From positions 1 to 38,375 of the forward strand of contig JAQGDQ010000626.1 of assembly GCA_030141605.1 (NCBI GenBank): DNA of 38,375 nt. Direction: 5' to 3'. The translations under genes and the position numbers were made by a program. Positions 1 to 11,908 of this stretch are shown in pieces. Position 1 is the first letter of the stretch, and the number at the start of each line of letters is the position of its first letter. The notes under the pieces were generated by a model. That model searched no databases and had not been told where the DNA came from. It saw only the letters and a list, made by a program, of their open reading frames with translations. Source of the DNA: Tubiluchus corallicola. Its lineage: Eukaryota; Animalia; Priapulida.

Positions 1-1105
1 TTACACAGTTTCGCTGATGCATAAACATGAATATCTATGACAATCATCAGTTTTGGTCCTCTTACACAGTTTCGCTGATGCATAAACGTGAATATCTATG
101 ACAATCATCAGTTTTGGTCCTCTTACACAGTTTCGCTGATGCATAAACGTGAATATCTATGACAATCATCAGTTTTGGTCCTCTTACACAGTTTCGCTGA
201 TGCATAAACATGAATATCTATGACAATCATCAGTTTTGGTCCTCTTACACAGTTTCGCTGATGCATAAACGTGAATATCTATGACAATCATCAGTTTGGT
301 CCTCTTACAGTTTCTGATGCATAAACGTGAATATCTATGACAATCATCAGTTTTGGTCCTCTTACAGTTTCGCTGATGCATAAACATGAATATCTATGAC
401 AATCATCAGTTTTGGTCCTCTTACACAGTTTCGCTGATGCATAAACGTGAATATCTATGACAATCATCAGTTTTGGTCCTCTTACACAGTTTCGCTAATG
501 CATAAACATGAATATCTATGACAATCATCAGTTTTGGTCCTCTTACACAGTTTCGCTAATGCATAAACATGAATATCTATGACAATCATCAGTTTTGGTC
601 CTCTTACACAGTTTCGCTGATGCATAAACATGAATATCTATGACAATCATCAGTTTTGGTCCTCTTACACAGTTTCGCTGATGCATAAACATGAATATCT
701 ATGACAATCATTAGTTTTGGTCCTCTTACACAGTTTTGCTGATGCATAAACATGAATATCTATGACAATCATCAGTTTTGGTCCTCTTACACAGTTTCGC
801 TGATGCATAAACATGAATATCTATGACAATCATCAGTTTTGGTCCTCTTACACAGTTTCGCTGATGCATAAACGTGAATATCTATGACAATCATCAGTTT
901 TGGTCCTCTTACACAGTTTCGCTGATGCATAAACATGAATATCTATGACAATCATCAGTTTTGGTCCTCTTACACAGTTTCGCTGATGCATAAACGTGAA
1001 TATCTATGACAATCATCAGTTTTGGTCCTCTTACACAGTTTCGCTGATGCATAAACGTGAATATCTATGACAATCATCAGTTTTGGTCCTCTTACACAGT
1101 TTCGC
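1..1105. repeat. 61-bp tandem satellite (~18 units, runs off the window start)
   Basis: Unit TTACACAGTTTCGCTGATGCATAAACATGAATATCTATGACAATCATCAGTTTTGGTCCTC recurs at 1, 62, 123 etc. with few substitutions. ORF 184..387 is a by-product of the repeat. Confidence 0.97.
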
Positions 1106-1963
1106 TTCATCAAATCTCATAAATCACTGGTTGACCATCAACATCAACATCATATTTCGCTGAGATGACCAGTACTACGGCCATTTTGTTCTTAGAGGGA
1201 TGAGCCAATCTCAAATGAACGGTACTGGTCATTAACCCTTCATTCCCAGTATCACACATTCAAATCTTTTTAATGTTTATGTATGCAATGTGTGTTTATT
1301 TTAAGTGGATTGACATACAGTAATATTACTGATCGGAGTTTTCCCACTTTGCAACAAAATACACTTTGTTTGAGAACAGACATATACAACTGGTTATAAA
1401 GAATATAGTTACACAGATAGTTAGTTAAAAAACACGAGTAATTCATTATTTAACACTTAAAATTAAAATATACGAAGCCCACAGAGTACAGAAGAGATAC
1501 CAGAAACAATTATCAATGTACATCATCTTATTAGCTATGCAAAAGTAGGATTGTTCAATAACTGGTGTTTGATTCAAAAATCCATAATTCAAAATAATTC
1601 ATGTTACAGTTCAACCGAAATTCAAAATAATTCAGCTTACAGTTCAACATGCAATTACACGTGCAATCAATTAGGAAACCGTTTAGTAGACTTTATGTAG
1701 TTCAGCAACAATTTGAAGAGATTGGCACTGGATGGATGACCTGATCTGAGTTTATAAAAAAGTCGTTGTAAATAATAGCAGGTCTAGGGTTGACGTGTAA
1801 TTCTTGAATAACATTTACGAATGCAAATCATTAGTAACTTAGACAGATCCACGATTAGAGGACGTCACGTGTTCTGAGACATCTAAAACCTGTTTCAGAA
1901 CCGCCCCCTCTCCCTTATGAAGCCGAGTCTTATTATCACCGGTAAAACAGGTTTCAGTGTTAA

Positions 1964-2512
1964 AGGAAAACCGGACGATTGTTTAGACTCAATCTGATTT
2001 TAATTTACTGTCCAAAATATACATTTTCTTGCTTATAAAAGTTAACAATTGTTTCTTATATTTGAATAATTAGCTTAGAAAGTTAATTAACGGCAACCGA
2101 ACACAACTGTTGCTTACGTCAGAAACTAACCACAGTTTGTGCAATAGCAGGCATCTTCCCTTGCGCGTCAAGCACATTTGCGTAAGTATTACTGTACTGC
2201 TTAAACGCATGATGTCACGAAAAATGGGCTCTACACCATATGACGTCAGAAACTAACACAGCAGTTCATGATCATGGTTATCACGGTACCGCCTTCTATT
2301 TGTCGGCCATGCGAATGTGACAAAAAGGCGCCATTGCCAATCTTAGTAGATTCACTGAGCCGCGCGTAACTTTGAAAGTTTAACGATATTTGAGTATCCG
2401 AGGTAATTATTATTTAATCTAAGCTTTGATTTAAAATAAGCTATTGTAGTTTTCAATATTTTAGAGCATTCTTTATCCTGAACTCGTGTTTACACAATCA
2501 TCCGGTTTTCCT
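1964..2512. mobile_element. Non-autonomous DNA transposon (MITE), Kolobok-like termini
   Basis: Imperfect ~25-bp TIRs AGGAAAACCGGACGATTGTTTAGAC / GTTTACACAATCATCCGGTTTTCCT; TTAA on the left (1960-1963), TCAA (possibly mutated TTAA) on the right; AG terminus. Confidence 0.65.
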
Positions 2513-2714
2513 TCAAAAAAATCCTAAAAACAAAATAAACTGAGGATCATACTTGTTAAATTTCGCGCTTTCCCACGGCCCTTCGTTCAACATTACAGCT
2601 TAGACCGTCTACAAAGGCAAATAACTTTTCTGACATTGTGTCAGAAATGAAAAGATCTGCACCAAGACTGTAATTTCAATTATTGTTAATTTTCAATATG
2701 TTTCTTACTCACAG

Positions 2715-2781
2715 CACTTCCCTGCCGTCACTGAAGTGGAAGAGCAACACGCTGCTGAAATTACCACGATGAAGGAGGAAG
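2715..2781 (+). CDS. Candidate internal coding exon of gene A (HFPAVTEVEEQHAAEITTMKEE)
   Basis: Pyrimidine-rich acceptor ttcttactcacag, open frame, donor gtacag. Ends in phase 1, compatible with exon 7758-7787. Confidence 0.45.
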
Positions 2782-3124
2782 GTACAGTTCCATTTTGAAT
2801 CTTCCAAATTGAAGTTTGAATTTTACTTCACTTTAGTGTATACCCTTCTGTATAGTTTCAAGTAACTCGGTAAAGTCATATTAGCATGTAAACTTACTTG
2901 TTCGTTCTGCGCATGAGCAAAATAGCTCATTTTCGACGAAGCCCTACTTTTTACACTTCATTAACTAAGTTAAAGTCACAAATAGCAAAAAACAGAACAT
3001 CTAATTTATTAAATATTTATAGTTAAAAACAACACGACTTTATAACGTCTATTTTATTAATAATTTATAGTTCAAAACAACACAAATTTATTAAAAATTT
3101 TACTTTACATAATTAAAAATCACT

Positions 3125-3163
3125 CCAAACGTTTCGATCGACTACTGCTGTCATCATCAGTGG
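3125..3163 (-). ncRNA. Minimal type-I hammerhead ribozyme motif (degenerate stem II)
   Basis: Minus strand reads CCA-CTGATGA-TGACAGCAGTAGTCGATC-GAAAC-GTT-TGG; stem I CCA/TGG; stem II is imperfect in this copy. Confidence 0.6.
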
Positions 3164-3208
3164 TAAATTTTTACAAACATACGACCAGTTTATATAGGCA
3201 GAGCCTAT

Positions 3209-4731
3209 TATGCACTAATTAAGACTTTAGCAGAAACCAAATAGGTAATGATTAAGCAGACCAGTAAAGAAATTGATACAGTAACTTACGCACTAATTAT
3301 GTATTTCAAAAAGGTAATGATTAAGCAGACCAGTAAAGAAATTGATGCAGTAACTTACGCACTAATTATGTATTTCAAATAGGTAATGATTAAGCAGACC
3401 AGTAAAGAAATTGATACAGTAACTTACGCACTAATTATGTATTTCAAAAAGGTAATGATTAAGCAGACCAGTAAAGAAATTGATGCAGTAACTTATGCAC
3501 TAATTATGTATTTCAAATAGGTAATGATTAAGCAGACCAGTAAAGAAATTGATACAGTAACTTATGCACTAATTATGTATTTCAAAAAGGTAATGATTAA
3601 GCAGACCAGTAAAGAAATTGATGCAGTAACTTATGCACTAATTAAGTATTTCAAATAGGTAATGATTAAGCAGACCAGTAAAGAAATTGATACAATAACT
3701 TATGCACTAATTATGTATTTCAAATAGGTAATGATTAAGCAGACCAGTAAAGAAATTGATACAGTAACTTATGCACTAATTATGTATTTCAAATAGGTAA
3801 TGATTAAGCAGACCAGTAAAGAAATTGATACAGTAACTTATGCACTAATTATGTATTTCAAAAAGGTAATGATTAAGCAGACCAGTAAAGAAATTGATGC
3901 AGTAACTTATGCACTAATTAAGTATTTCAAATAGGTAATGATTAAGCAGACCAGTAAAGAAATTGATACAATAACTTATGCACTAATTATGTATTTCAAA
4001 TAGGTAATGATTAAGCAGACCAGTAAAGAAATTGATGCAGTAACTTATGCACTAATTAAGTATTTCAAATAGGTAATGATTAAGCAGACCAGTAAAGAAA
4101 TGATACAGTAACTTATGCACTAATTATGTATTTCAAAAGGTAATGATTAAGCAGACCAGTAAAGAAATTGATACAGTAACTTATGCACTAATTATGTATT
4201 TCAAATAGGTAATGATTAAGCAGACCAGTAAAGAAATTGATACAGTAACTTATGCATTAATTATGTATTTCAAATAGGTGATGATTAAGCAGACCAGTAA
4301 AGAAATTGATACAGTAACTTACGCACTAATTTTGTATTTCAAATAGGTAATGATTAAGCAGACCAGTAAAGAAATTGATGCAGTAACTTATGCACTAATT
4401 ATGTATTTCAAAAAGGTAATGATTAAGCAGACCAGTAAAGAAATTGATGTAGTAACTTATGCACTAATTATGTATTTCAAAGAGGTAATGATTAAGCAGA
4501 CCAGTAAAGAAATTGATGCAGTAATTTCAAATAGGTAATGATTAAGCAGACCAGTAAAGAAATTGATGCAGTAACTTATGCACTAATTGTGTATTTCAAA
4601 TAGGTAATGATTAAGCAGACCAGTAAAGAAATTGATGCAGTAACTTGTGCACTAATTATGCATTTCAAATAGATAATGATTAAGCAGACCAGTAAAGAAA
4701 TTGATGCAGTAACTTATGCATTAATTATGTA
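3209..4731. repeat. 69-bp satellite, left block (~22 units)
   Basis: Unit GTAATGATTAAGCAGACCAGTAAAGAAATTGATACAGTAACTTATGCACTAATTATGTATTTCAAATAG, period 69 (3245, 3314...). Confidence 0.97.
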
Positions 4732-5530
4732 CTAGCAAAGGCCCCGCAAAAGATTTTGCGTAAAAAACCACGTGTAATCAATAATACGCGAACATCCTAC
4801 CTAGTCCTCATGTATAACGCAAAGCCCGTAACACCATGCCTACTGTTTGTTTAACTAACGCAAAGCCTGTAGCTTTTACTGAATTAAAGCTATAAGATTA
4901 TAGACAGAATACAATGGATGACGTCACAACAATGGCTTTGCGTCAGCAGTTTTCTAAGCGAAAATTGCCGAAAATGGAACATCTAATTAACTCGCCAGTA
5001 CTCCTCTCGGTGGACCTGTCCTAACATATAGCCCACATCATCGTGTAGCCCTGTTTTTTCTCTTTCTGATGAGCCGTATATCTTCTTCCGAGAGTCCCAC
5101 CGGGCGCCGCTAGAACGTTTTTTCCGCATGCTGTTTGATCAAAATTTCGAAAAAATCGCGAGTTGGGTCCGGAAAAACGCCCGTTGCGGGACGCCGTGGC
5201 CCTCTCGCGAATTCTAAATAGGCCTATGACACCCATCGCTGAACGGGCTATCTATCCATACCCAGCACCACCCTCGGCCCATTCCCATTCTCTACATCTC
5301 AGCCGTATAACTTTTGCAAAAAACGGCCGAAAAATGGCCATTTTTGGAGGTTTTTCGCCCCCCGTTCCTCCCGGTGGGCCCGATTCGAAAAATAAACCAT
5401 CAATGAGACGACACTAGATCGAGACCTTTCGTTTGATATATAGATCGCCGCAAATGGTGCCCTCGTCCAGGCTGTAGCCTCGAATCTTATATATTAAGCC
5501 CATACCAAGAATATTCATATAAGAGTATAG

Positions 5531-5531
<1 letters not shown>
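4732..5531 (-). mobile_element. Non-autonomous Helitron, copy 1 (800 bp)
   Basis: Minus strand begins TCTATACTC and ends CTAG. A subterminal hairpin CGCAAAA-TC-TTTTGCG lies ~10 nt before the CTAG. Sits between A and T with no TSD. Confidence 0.88.
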
Positions 5532-5564
<33 letters not shown>

Positions 5565-5565
<1 letters not shown>

Positions 5566-6367
5566 TAGCAAAGGCCCCGCAAAAGATTTTGCGTAAAAAA
5601 CCACGTATAATCAATAATATGCGAACATTCTACCTAGTCCTCATTTATAACACAAAGCCCGTAACATCATGCCTACTGTTTGTTTAACTAACGCAAAACC
5701 TGCAGATTTTTGCTGAATTAAAGTTATAAGATTATAGACAGAATACAATGGATGACGTTAGAACAATGGCTTTGCGTCAGCAGTTTTCTAAACGAAAATT
5801 GCCGAAAATGGAACCTCTAATTAACTCGTCGGTACTTCTCTCGGTGGACCTGCCCTAATATATAGCCCACATCATCGTGTAGCCCTGTCCTTCCTCTTTG
5901 TAAAGAGCCCCATATCTCCTTCCTAGAGTCCCACCAGCCGACGCTAGAACGTTTTTCCCGCATGCTGTTTGGTCAAAATTTCGAAAAAATCGCGAGTTGG
6001 CTCCGGAAAAACGCCCGTTGCGGGGCGCCGTGGTCCTCTCGCGAATTCTAAATATGCCTATGACACACATCGCTGAACGGGCTATCTATCCATACCCAGC
6101 ACCACCCTCGGCCCGTTCCCGTTCTCTACATCTCAGCCGTATAACTTTTGCAAAAACGGCCGAAAAATGGCCATTTTTGGAGGTTTTTCGCCTCCCCCTC
6201 CTCCCGCTGGGCCCCATTCGAAAAATAAACCCCCAATGAGACGACACTAGATCGAGACCTTTCGTTTGATATATAGATCGCCGCAAATGGTGCCCTCGTC
6301 CGGGCTGTAGCCTCGAATCTTATATATATATATATATATACCAAGAATATTAATATAAGAGTATAGA
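5565..6367 (-). mobile_element. Non-autonomous Helitron, copy 2 (803 bp)
   Basis: Same TC...hairpin...CTAG architecture; a colinear, moderately diverged paralogue of 4732-5531; separated from it by (TAA)11. Confidence 0.88.
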
Positions 6368-7425
6368 TTTCAAATAGGTAATGATTAAGCAGACCAGTAA
6401 AGAAATTGATACAGTAACTTATGCTCTAATTATTATTTCAAATAGGTAATGATTAAGCAGACCAGCAAAGAAATTGATGCAGTAACTTATGCACTAATTA
6501 TGTATTTCAAATAGGTAATGATTAAGCAGACCAGTAAAGAAATTGATACAGTAACTTGTGCACTAATTATTATTTCAAATAGGTAATGATTAAGCAGACC
6601 AGTAAAGAAATTGATACAGTAACTTATGCTCTAATTATTATTTCAAATAGGTAATGATTAAGCAGACCAGTAAAGAAATTGATGCAGTAACTTATGCACT
6701 AATTATGTATTTCAAATAGGTAATGATTAAGCAGACCAGTAAAGAAATTGATACAGTAACTTGTGCACTAATTATGCATTTCAAATAGATAATGATTAAG
6801 CAAACCAGTAAAGAAATTGATACAGTAACTTATGCACTAATTATGTATTTCAAATAGGTAATGATTAAGCAGACCAGTAAAGAAATTGATACAGTAACTT
6901 ATGCACTAATTATTATTTCAAATAGGTAATGATTAAGCAGACCAGTAAAGAAATTGATACAGTAACTTATGCATTAATTATGTATTTCAAATAGGTGATG
7001 ATTAAGCAGACCAGTAAAGAAATTGATACAGTAACTTATGCACTAATTATGTATTTCAAATAGGTGATGATTAAGCAGACCAGTAAAGAAATTGATACAG
7101 TAACTTATGCACTAATTATGTATTTCAAATAGGTAATGATTAAGCAGACCAGTAAAGAAATTGATACAGTAACTTATGCATTAATTATGTATTTCAAATA
7201 GGTAATGATTAAGCAGACCAGTAAAGAAATTGATACAGTAACTTATGCACTAATTATTATTTCAAATAGGTAATGATTAAGCAGACCAGTAAAGAAATTG
7301 ATGCAGTAACTTATGCATTAAATATGTATTTCAAATAGATAATGATTAAGCAAACCAGTAAAGAAATTGATACAGTAACTTATGCACTAAATATGTATTT
7401 CAAATAGGCAATGATTAAGCAGACC
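6368..7425. repeat. 69-bp satellite, right block (~15 units)
   Basis: Resumes with TTTCAAATAGG exactly where the left block was interrupted (...TATGTA|TTTCAAA). Confidence 0.97.
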
Positions 7426-7493
7426 TGAAGAAAAATAAGTGCCTACATAATAGGGCCTACCTATACAAACTGGTTGTATGTTTGTAAAATTTA

Positions 7494-7532
7494 CCACTGA
7501 TGATGACAGCAGTCGTCTGTCGAAACGTTTGG
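7494..7532 (+). ncRNA. Minimal type-I hammerhead ribozyme motif (Penelope-type)
   Basis: CCA(7494-96)-CTGATGA(7497-7503)-T-GACAG/CTGTC stem II (7505-09/7517-21)-GAAAC(7522-26)-GTT-TGG(7530-32); palindromic AAACGTTT stem III region. Confidence 0.75.
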
Positions 7533-7757
7533 CGCGATTTTTAACTACGTAAAGTAAAAGCTTTAATGAAACTGTGTTGTTTTTAATTATAAATGTTTTT
7601 AGCTGCCTGTAATAAAAACATTAATAATTATTATTTTGCTGTTTTTGTCCAGTCCAGTGGAAAATTTTGTTGTTATTAATGAAAAATTAAGCTACTGATT
7701 TTAAATTTCAGTAACAATTATTATTTTAATAAATTATATTATAAACATCTAATATAG

Positions 7758-7787
7758 TTGAAGAATTCGAGAGCGAAAGCAACGATG
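7758..7787 (+). CDS. Candidate 30-bp phase 1-1 exon of gene A (V EEFESESND)
   Basis: AG acceptor at 7756-57 and GTAAGA donor at 7788; keeps the frame between exons 2715-2781 and 11373-11908. Confidence 0.45.
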
Positions 7788-7842
7788 GTAAGAAGGAAAA
7801 AATCCTGCATATTTGTGCTAAACATTCACACTTGCTTAGCGT

Positions 7843-9175
7843 TTCATTCGTTCGTTCGTTCATTCATTCATTCGTTCATTCATTCGCTCATTCATTCATT
7901 CATTCATTCATTCATTCATTCATTCATTCATTCATTCATTCATTCATTCATTCATTCCATTCCATTCCATTCCATTCCTTCGTTCGTTCGTTCGTTCGTT
8001 CGTTCGTTCGTTCGTTCGTTCGTTCGTTCGTTCATTCGTCCATTCGTTCATTCGTTCATTCATTCATTCATTCATTCATTCATTCATTCATTCATTCATT
8101 CATTCATTCATTCATTCATTCATTCATTCATTCATTCATTCATTCGCTCATTCATTCACTCATTCATTCATTCGCTCATTCATTCATTCATTCATTCGCT
8201 CATTCATTCACTCATTCATTCATTCGCTCATTCATTCATTCATTCATTCGTTCATTCCATTCGTTCATTCATTCGTTCATTCATTCATTCATTCATTCAT
8301 TCATTCATTCATTCATTCATTCATTCATTCATTCATTCATTCATTCATTCATTCATTCATTCATTCATTCATTCATTCATTCATTCATTCATTCATTCAT
8401 TTCATTCATTCATTCATTCATTCATTCATTCACTCATTCATTCATTCATTCATTCATTCATTCATTCATTCATTCATTCATTCATTCATTCATTCATTCA
8501 TTCATTCATTCATTCATTCATTCACTCATTCATTCATTCATTCATTCATTCATTCATTCATTCATTCATTCATTCACTCATTCATTCATTCATTCATTCA
8601 TTCATTCATTCATTCATTCATTCATTCATTCATTCATTCATTCATTCATTCATTCATTCAGTTCATTCATTCATTCATTCATTTATTCATTCGTTCGTTC
8701 GTTCATTCATTCATTCATTTAATCATTCATTCATGCATTCATTCACACACACATTCATTCGTTCATTCATTCGTTCATTCATTCATTCATTCATTCATTC
8801 ATTCAATCATTCGTTCATTCGTTCATTCGTTTATTCATTCATTCATTCATTCATTCATTCATTCATTCATTCATTCATTCATTCATTCATTCATTCATTC
8901 ATTCATTCATTCATTCATACATTCATTCATTCATTCATTCATTCATTCATTCATTCATTCATTCATTCATTCATTCATTCATTCATTCATTCACACACTC
9001 ATTCATTCGTTCATTCATTCATTCATTCATTCTTTCATTCATTCACACACTCATTCATTCGTTCACACACTCATTCATTCGTTCATTCATTCATTCAGTC
9101 ATTCAATCATTCATTCATTCATTCATTCATTCATTCATTCATTCATTCATTCATTCATTCATTCATTCACTCATT
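7843..9175. repeat. (TTCA)n/(TTCG)n microsatellite, ~1.3 kb
   Basis: Directly visible. ORFs 7758..9182 and 7832..8722 (FIHS repeats) are artefacts of it. Confidence 0.98.
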
Positions 9176-9928
9176 TGCTTAACTACACAATAACTCCGTT
9201 ATATCGCGATTACGTAACGCAGCAATTATATATACTCACACCATCATTACAGCTATGCTAACTAACTAACTGTATTAACAAAATCTCCGAGATGTTTTTG
9301 TAAATTGTCTGCGCTTCGTTGCTACTGTTAACTGCTTTGTTAATGTAAAAACAGCCATTTACTACATGCCGAGTTGAACAGCTAACATGTCCGTCACGGT
9401 GTGTGCTTAATGATCCAAGTTATGCAACACTGACTAGCTCAGTAAATAGAGAGGTGGCTAGCGACAAAACCGTTTCATTTGCCACATTTGTTGGGCTACT
9501 TTTCCCGGCTGAAAGTTGTATGCAAATTCGATCGTGAGTATGACAGCGCCACCTGTTCGCGTTCCATCTTGGAGGATTATCTTTGCTAATTGGCAAAGTT
9601 CCAGTCCTGTCACACCTCTTTCATTTCATTGATATAAATTCCACCTTTATTTTTTTGTCTTGCATTTATACGGCCCGGTTTAAATAGACTTGAGGCTGTG
9701 TGTAAGTTAGTAATACGAGTTTTTATGATCCGTCTTTTAATTTTAGTTAGTTCAACCTGAAGTGCAACGCATTGTTCAAATACGCTTTGCCATACTGACA
9801 AAAATTTTACTAATGCTTAATGTTCTCAACTAACAGAATTTAGTTAAAGTATAAAAAAAACTGCTACTATTAAATAAGCAGGCACACGGCGAATGCCTGT
9901 GCACACTTTTCAACCGAATATGCTTTAA

Positions 9929-10604
9929 AAGACAAGAAAAGGGGCACCTAAGTAGGTTTAAGAAAATTCGCTTTAAAAAATTATACTACTTATAGCAATT
10001 TTATGCACATATCACACTCGCGTTAAAAGGAATTTTCGTTTGTTTTCATTTTAAATTTCCCACGATGCTGTTCCGACGGCGCCATTACATGACGTCATAT
10101 ACGCACAACGTAAATCAAGGGAAGAAAAGGAAATGCTAAATTATGTCTAAAAAAACTTTCCATGAAAGTTATTTTACTTACCATTTCGCTCACCTGTTGG
10201 AAAGACTTATGTAACTAGAAGAGAAAATTATTAATTATTTAAAATGTTTTCACCAAATAGTAAAATGTCGCTGACTCACCCTCCAGGGTGCACCACTCAC
10301 TAACCAAAAACGTATTTTTATTTTGACAAGATACAGTAATTTAAAGTATTACTTAGATAGTGACGTGTGCGCTACGAATGCTCTGATTATTTTTTCAAAC
10401 TTTACAAAATGTTATCTAAACTTGTTTCAAATGACCTGTCGTGAAAATGACTGCATCTAACGGTCATCGCGGGAGTTTAAATTACAAGTTTTATACAGCG
10501 TTGTTGCCGACGCAAGTCTTGCACGCAAAAAGGCAGTATGTAACTGGTATAAAATTTCAAGACGAATTTTTAACCTTTACGTAAGTGGAGGGTTTTCATG
10601 TGCT
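9929..10604. mobile_element. Dispersed TTAA-flanked DNA element (Kolobok-like), copy 1
   Basis: ~10310-10604 is homologous to 27788-28080. The end GTAAGTGGAGGGTTTTC(A/T)TGTGCT|TTAA is shared with 17705-17729 and 28080. Weak left TIR TTAA|AAGACAAGAAAA. Confidence 0.55.
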
Positions 10605-10862
10605 TTAAGTTAAATTTCTGTTAATTTTACGTATGAGTGTAGGTATATTTCAGCGTGCGTGTTTACAATAAATAAATTTATTAAATAGTCACAGGGGTTG
10701 TTTATTTTTTTGTTTGAAATACCAGACATGCAAGTCAAACACAAACTACAGCTCTAAGGCCTTTTAAACGCAGACAATCATGTCTAACGAAATCATGCAT
10801 TATAGGCTTGCAAGCAATATCTTTATTAAAACATTTACCATTGGATTAAAATTATATAAACT

Positions 10863-11035
10863 TGTGGAAGTTGTAATTGTACATTTTTAGGTGCTGCCAT
10901 CTATGAACTAATCCTTTTACTCTACCAGCTACTTACCCCCAGTATAATTGTACGGTCCAGTGAATGCATATTCACTGGATCTCTCCCTATTTTCAAGTAA
11001 TGGTTTTTGCGAAGCCTTCAAGTCTGCATAGATTA
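10863..11035 (+). repeat. Dispersed repeat with 24-bp palindrome, copy 1
   Basis: Inverted homology to ~25030-25213; palindrome TCCAGTGAAT-GCAT-ATTCACTGGA at 10956-10979. Confidence 0.8.
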
Positions 11036-11372
11036 CCTATGCTTATATATACTGACTGATTTACTTTCTAGTGACTGTCTAACTCTCAGTGTTCAGTGCA
11101 GCAGTCATTCTACTCATGTGTCTGTGGTTAATAAACACTTTTTACTGTTCTACCAGTGAGTGATTTACAACTTTAAACATGACTTTCACAAAACTAAACT
11201 GAAACGTTTACTCTAGCCTTAAGAAAAAATAATGATTTTGTTTATATGACTATATAATTAGCTTACATAAATAGTCACAGTTACTTAGCTTACATGAATT
11301 GCAAACTTGTATTCTGTATAGTTGCAGTGTTTTACAAACGTAATTCTAAATGACTGAGTGTTGATTTTTCAG

Positions 11373-11908
11373 CATCGCATATACCAGGATATGAAGAACA
11401 GTGGTTTATGAGTGATTACACGACGCGACCCACCACCCCCCTACCAATCCGTCACAATATTCACCTACGGGATCCTCTAGCAGCAATAGCTTCCAGTTTG
11501 GGCAACATCGCCGGAAGTTTAAGCAATTTGACTACAACTCGGATACATAAAGGCGACGAAATTCGCCAGTCTTCCGCTAGCAGAAAAGTGCTGCCATCTA
11601 CCGCTGGATTTTCTTCTATTTCAGCAACTGAGTCCGCGGAAACCCATTCCGCATCCAAAAAGAGCCAACTCATGTCACCATTAGCCAAAGAAACTTGGTC
11701 ACCTCCTGAGTTTTCGTCTCCCAAAAAATACGAGACAGACCAGGAACAGGATGGCTGTGCTTCCTGTCAAACTGTCACAGCTGAAGCGGGAAACGTAGCG
11801 AACTTTTCCTCGCCTGTGAATAAAAACGTGATCTGGGTGCACCGGGAAAAAGACGGTACAAAACACAGTACAGAGCCTCCAATTGACGATGTAGAAAGTA
11901 TAGTATGA
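11373..11908 (+). CDS. Terminal coding exon of gene A; low-complexity S/T-rich tail ending DDVESIV, function unknown
   Basis: Strong acceptor ttgatttttcag (AG 11371-72). Phase-1 entry is in frame with the 166-aa ORF 11408..11908. GC-richer than its flanks and non-repetitive. Confidence 0.6.

Larger units (their letters stand above)
3060..7595. mobile_element. Penelope-like/retrozyme-type element: inverted ~150-bp hammerhead-bearing termini enclosing a 69-bp satellite
   Basis: The reverse complement of ~3060-3212 aligns to ~7446-7595. Both arms contain CTGATGA...GAAACGTT. Confidence 0.7.

Noticed and set aside
1165-1232. 11-bp inverted repeat ATGACCAGTAC/GTACTGGTCAT
   Set aside because: Too short, with no TSD or second copy to define an element.
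5021-6344. Short ORFs in the duplicated GC-richer segment
   Set aside because: They lie inside non-autonomous Helitron copies; no Rep/helicase motifs, and ORF ends differ between copies.
1-7425. CRISPR-like appearance of the 61-bp and 69-bp arrays
   Set aside because: Units are contiguous with no unique spacers, there are no cas genes, and the context is eukaryotic.
7758-9182. 474-aa and 296-aa FIHS-repeat ORFs
   Set aside because: Translations of a stop-free (TTCA)n microsatellite.
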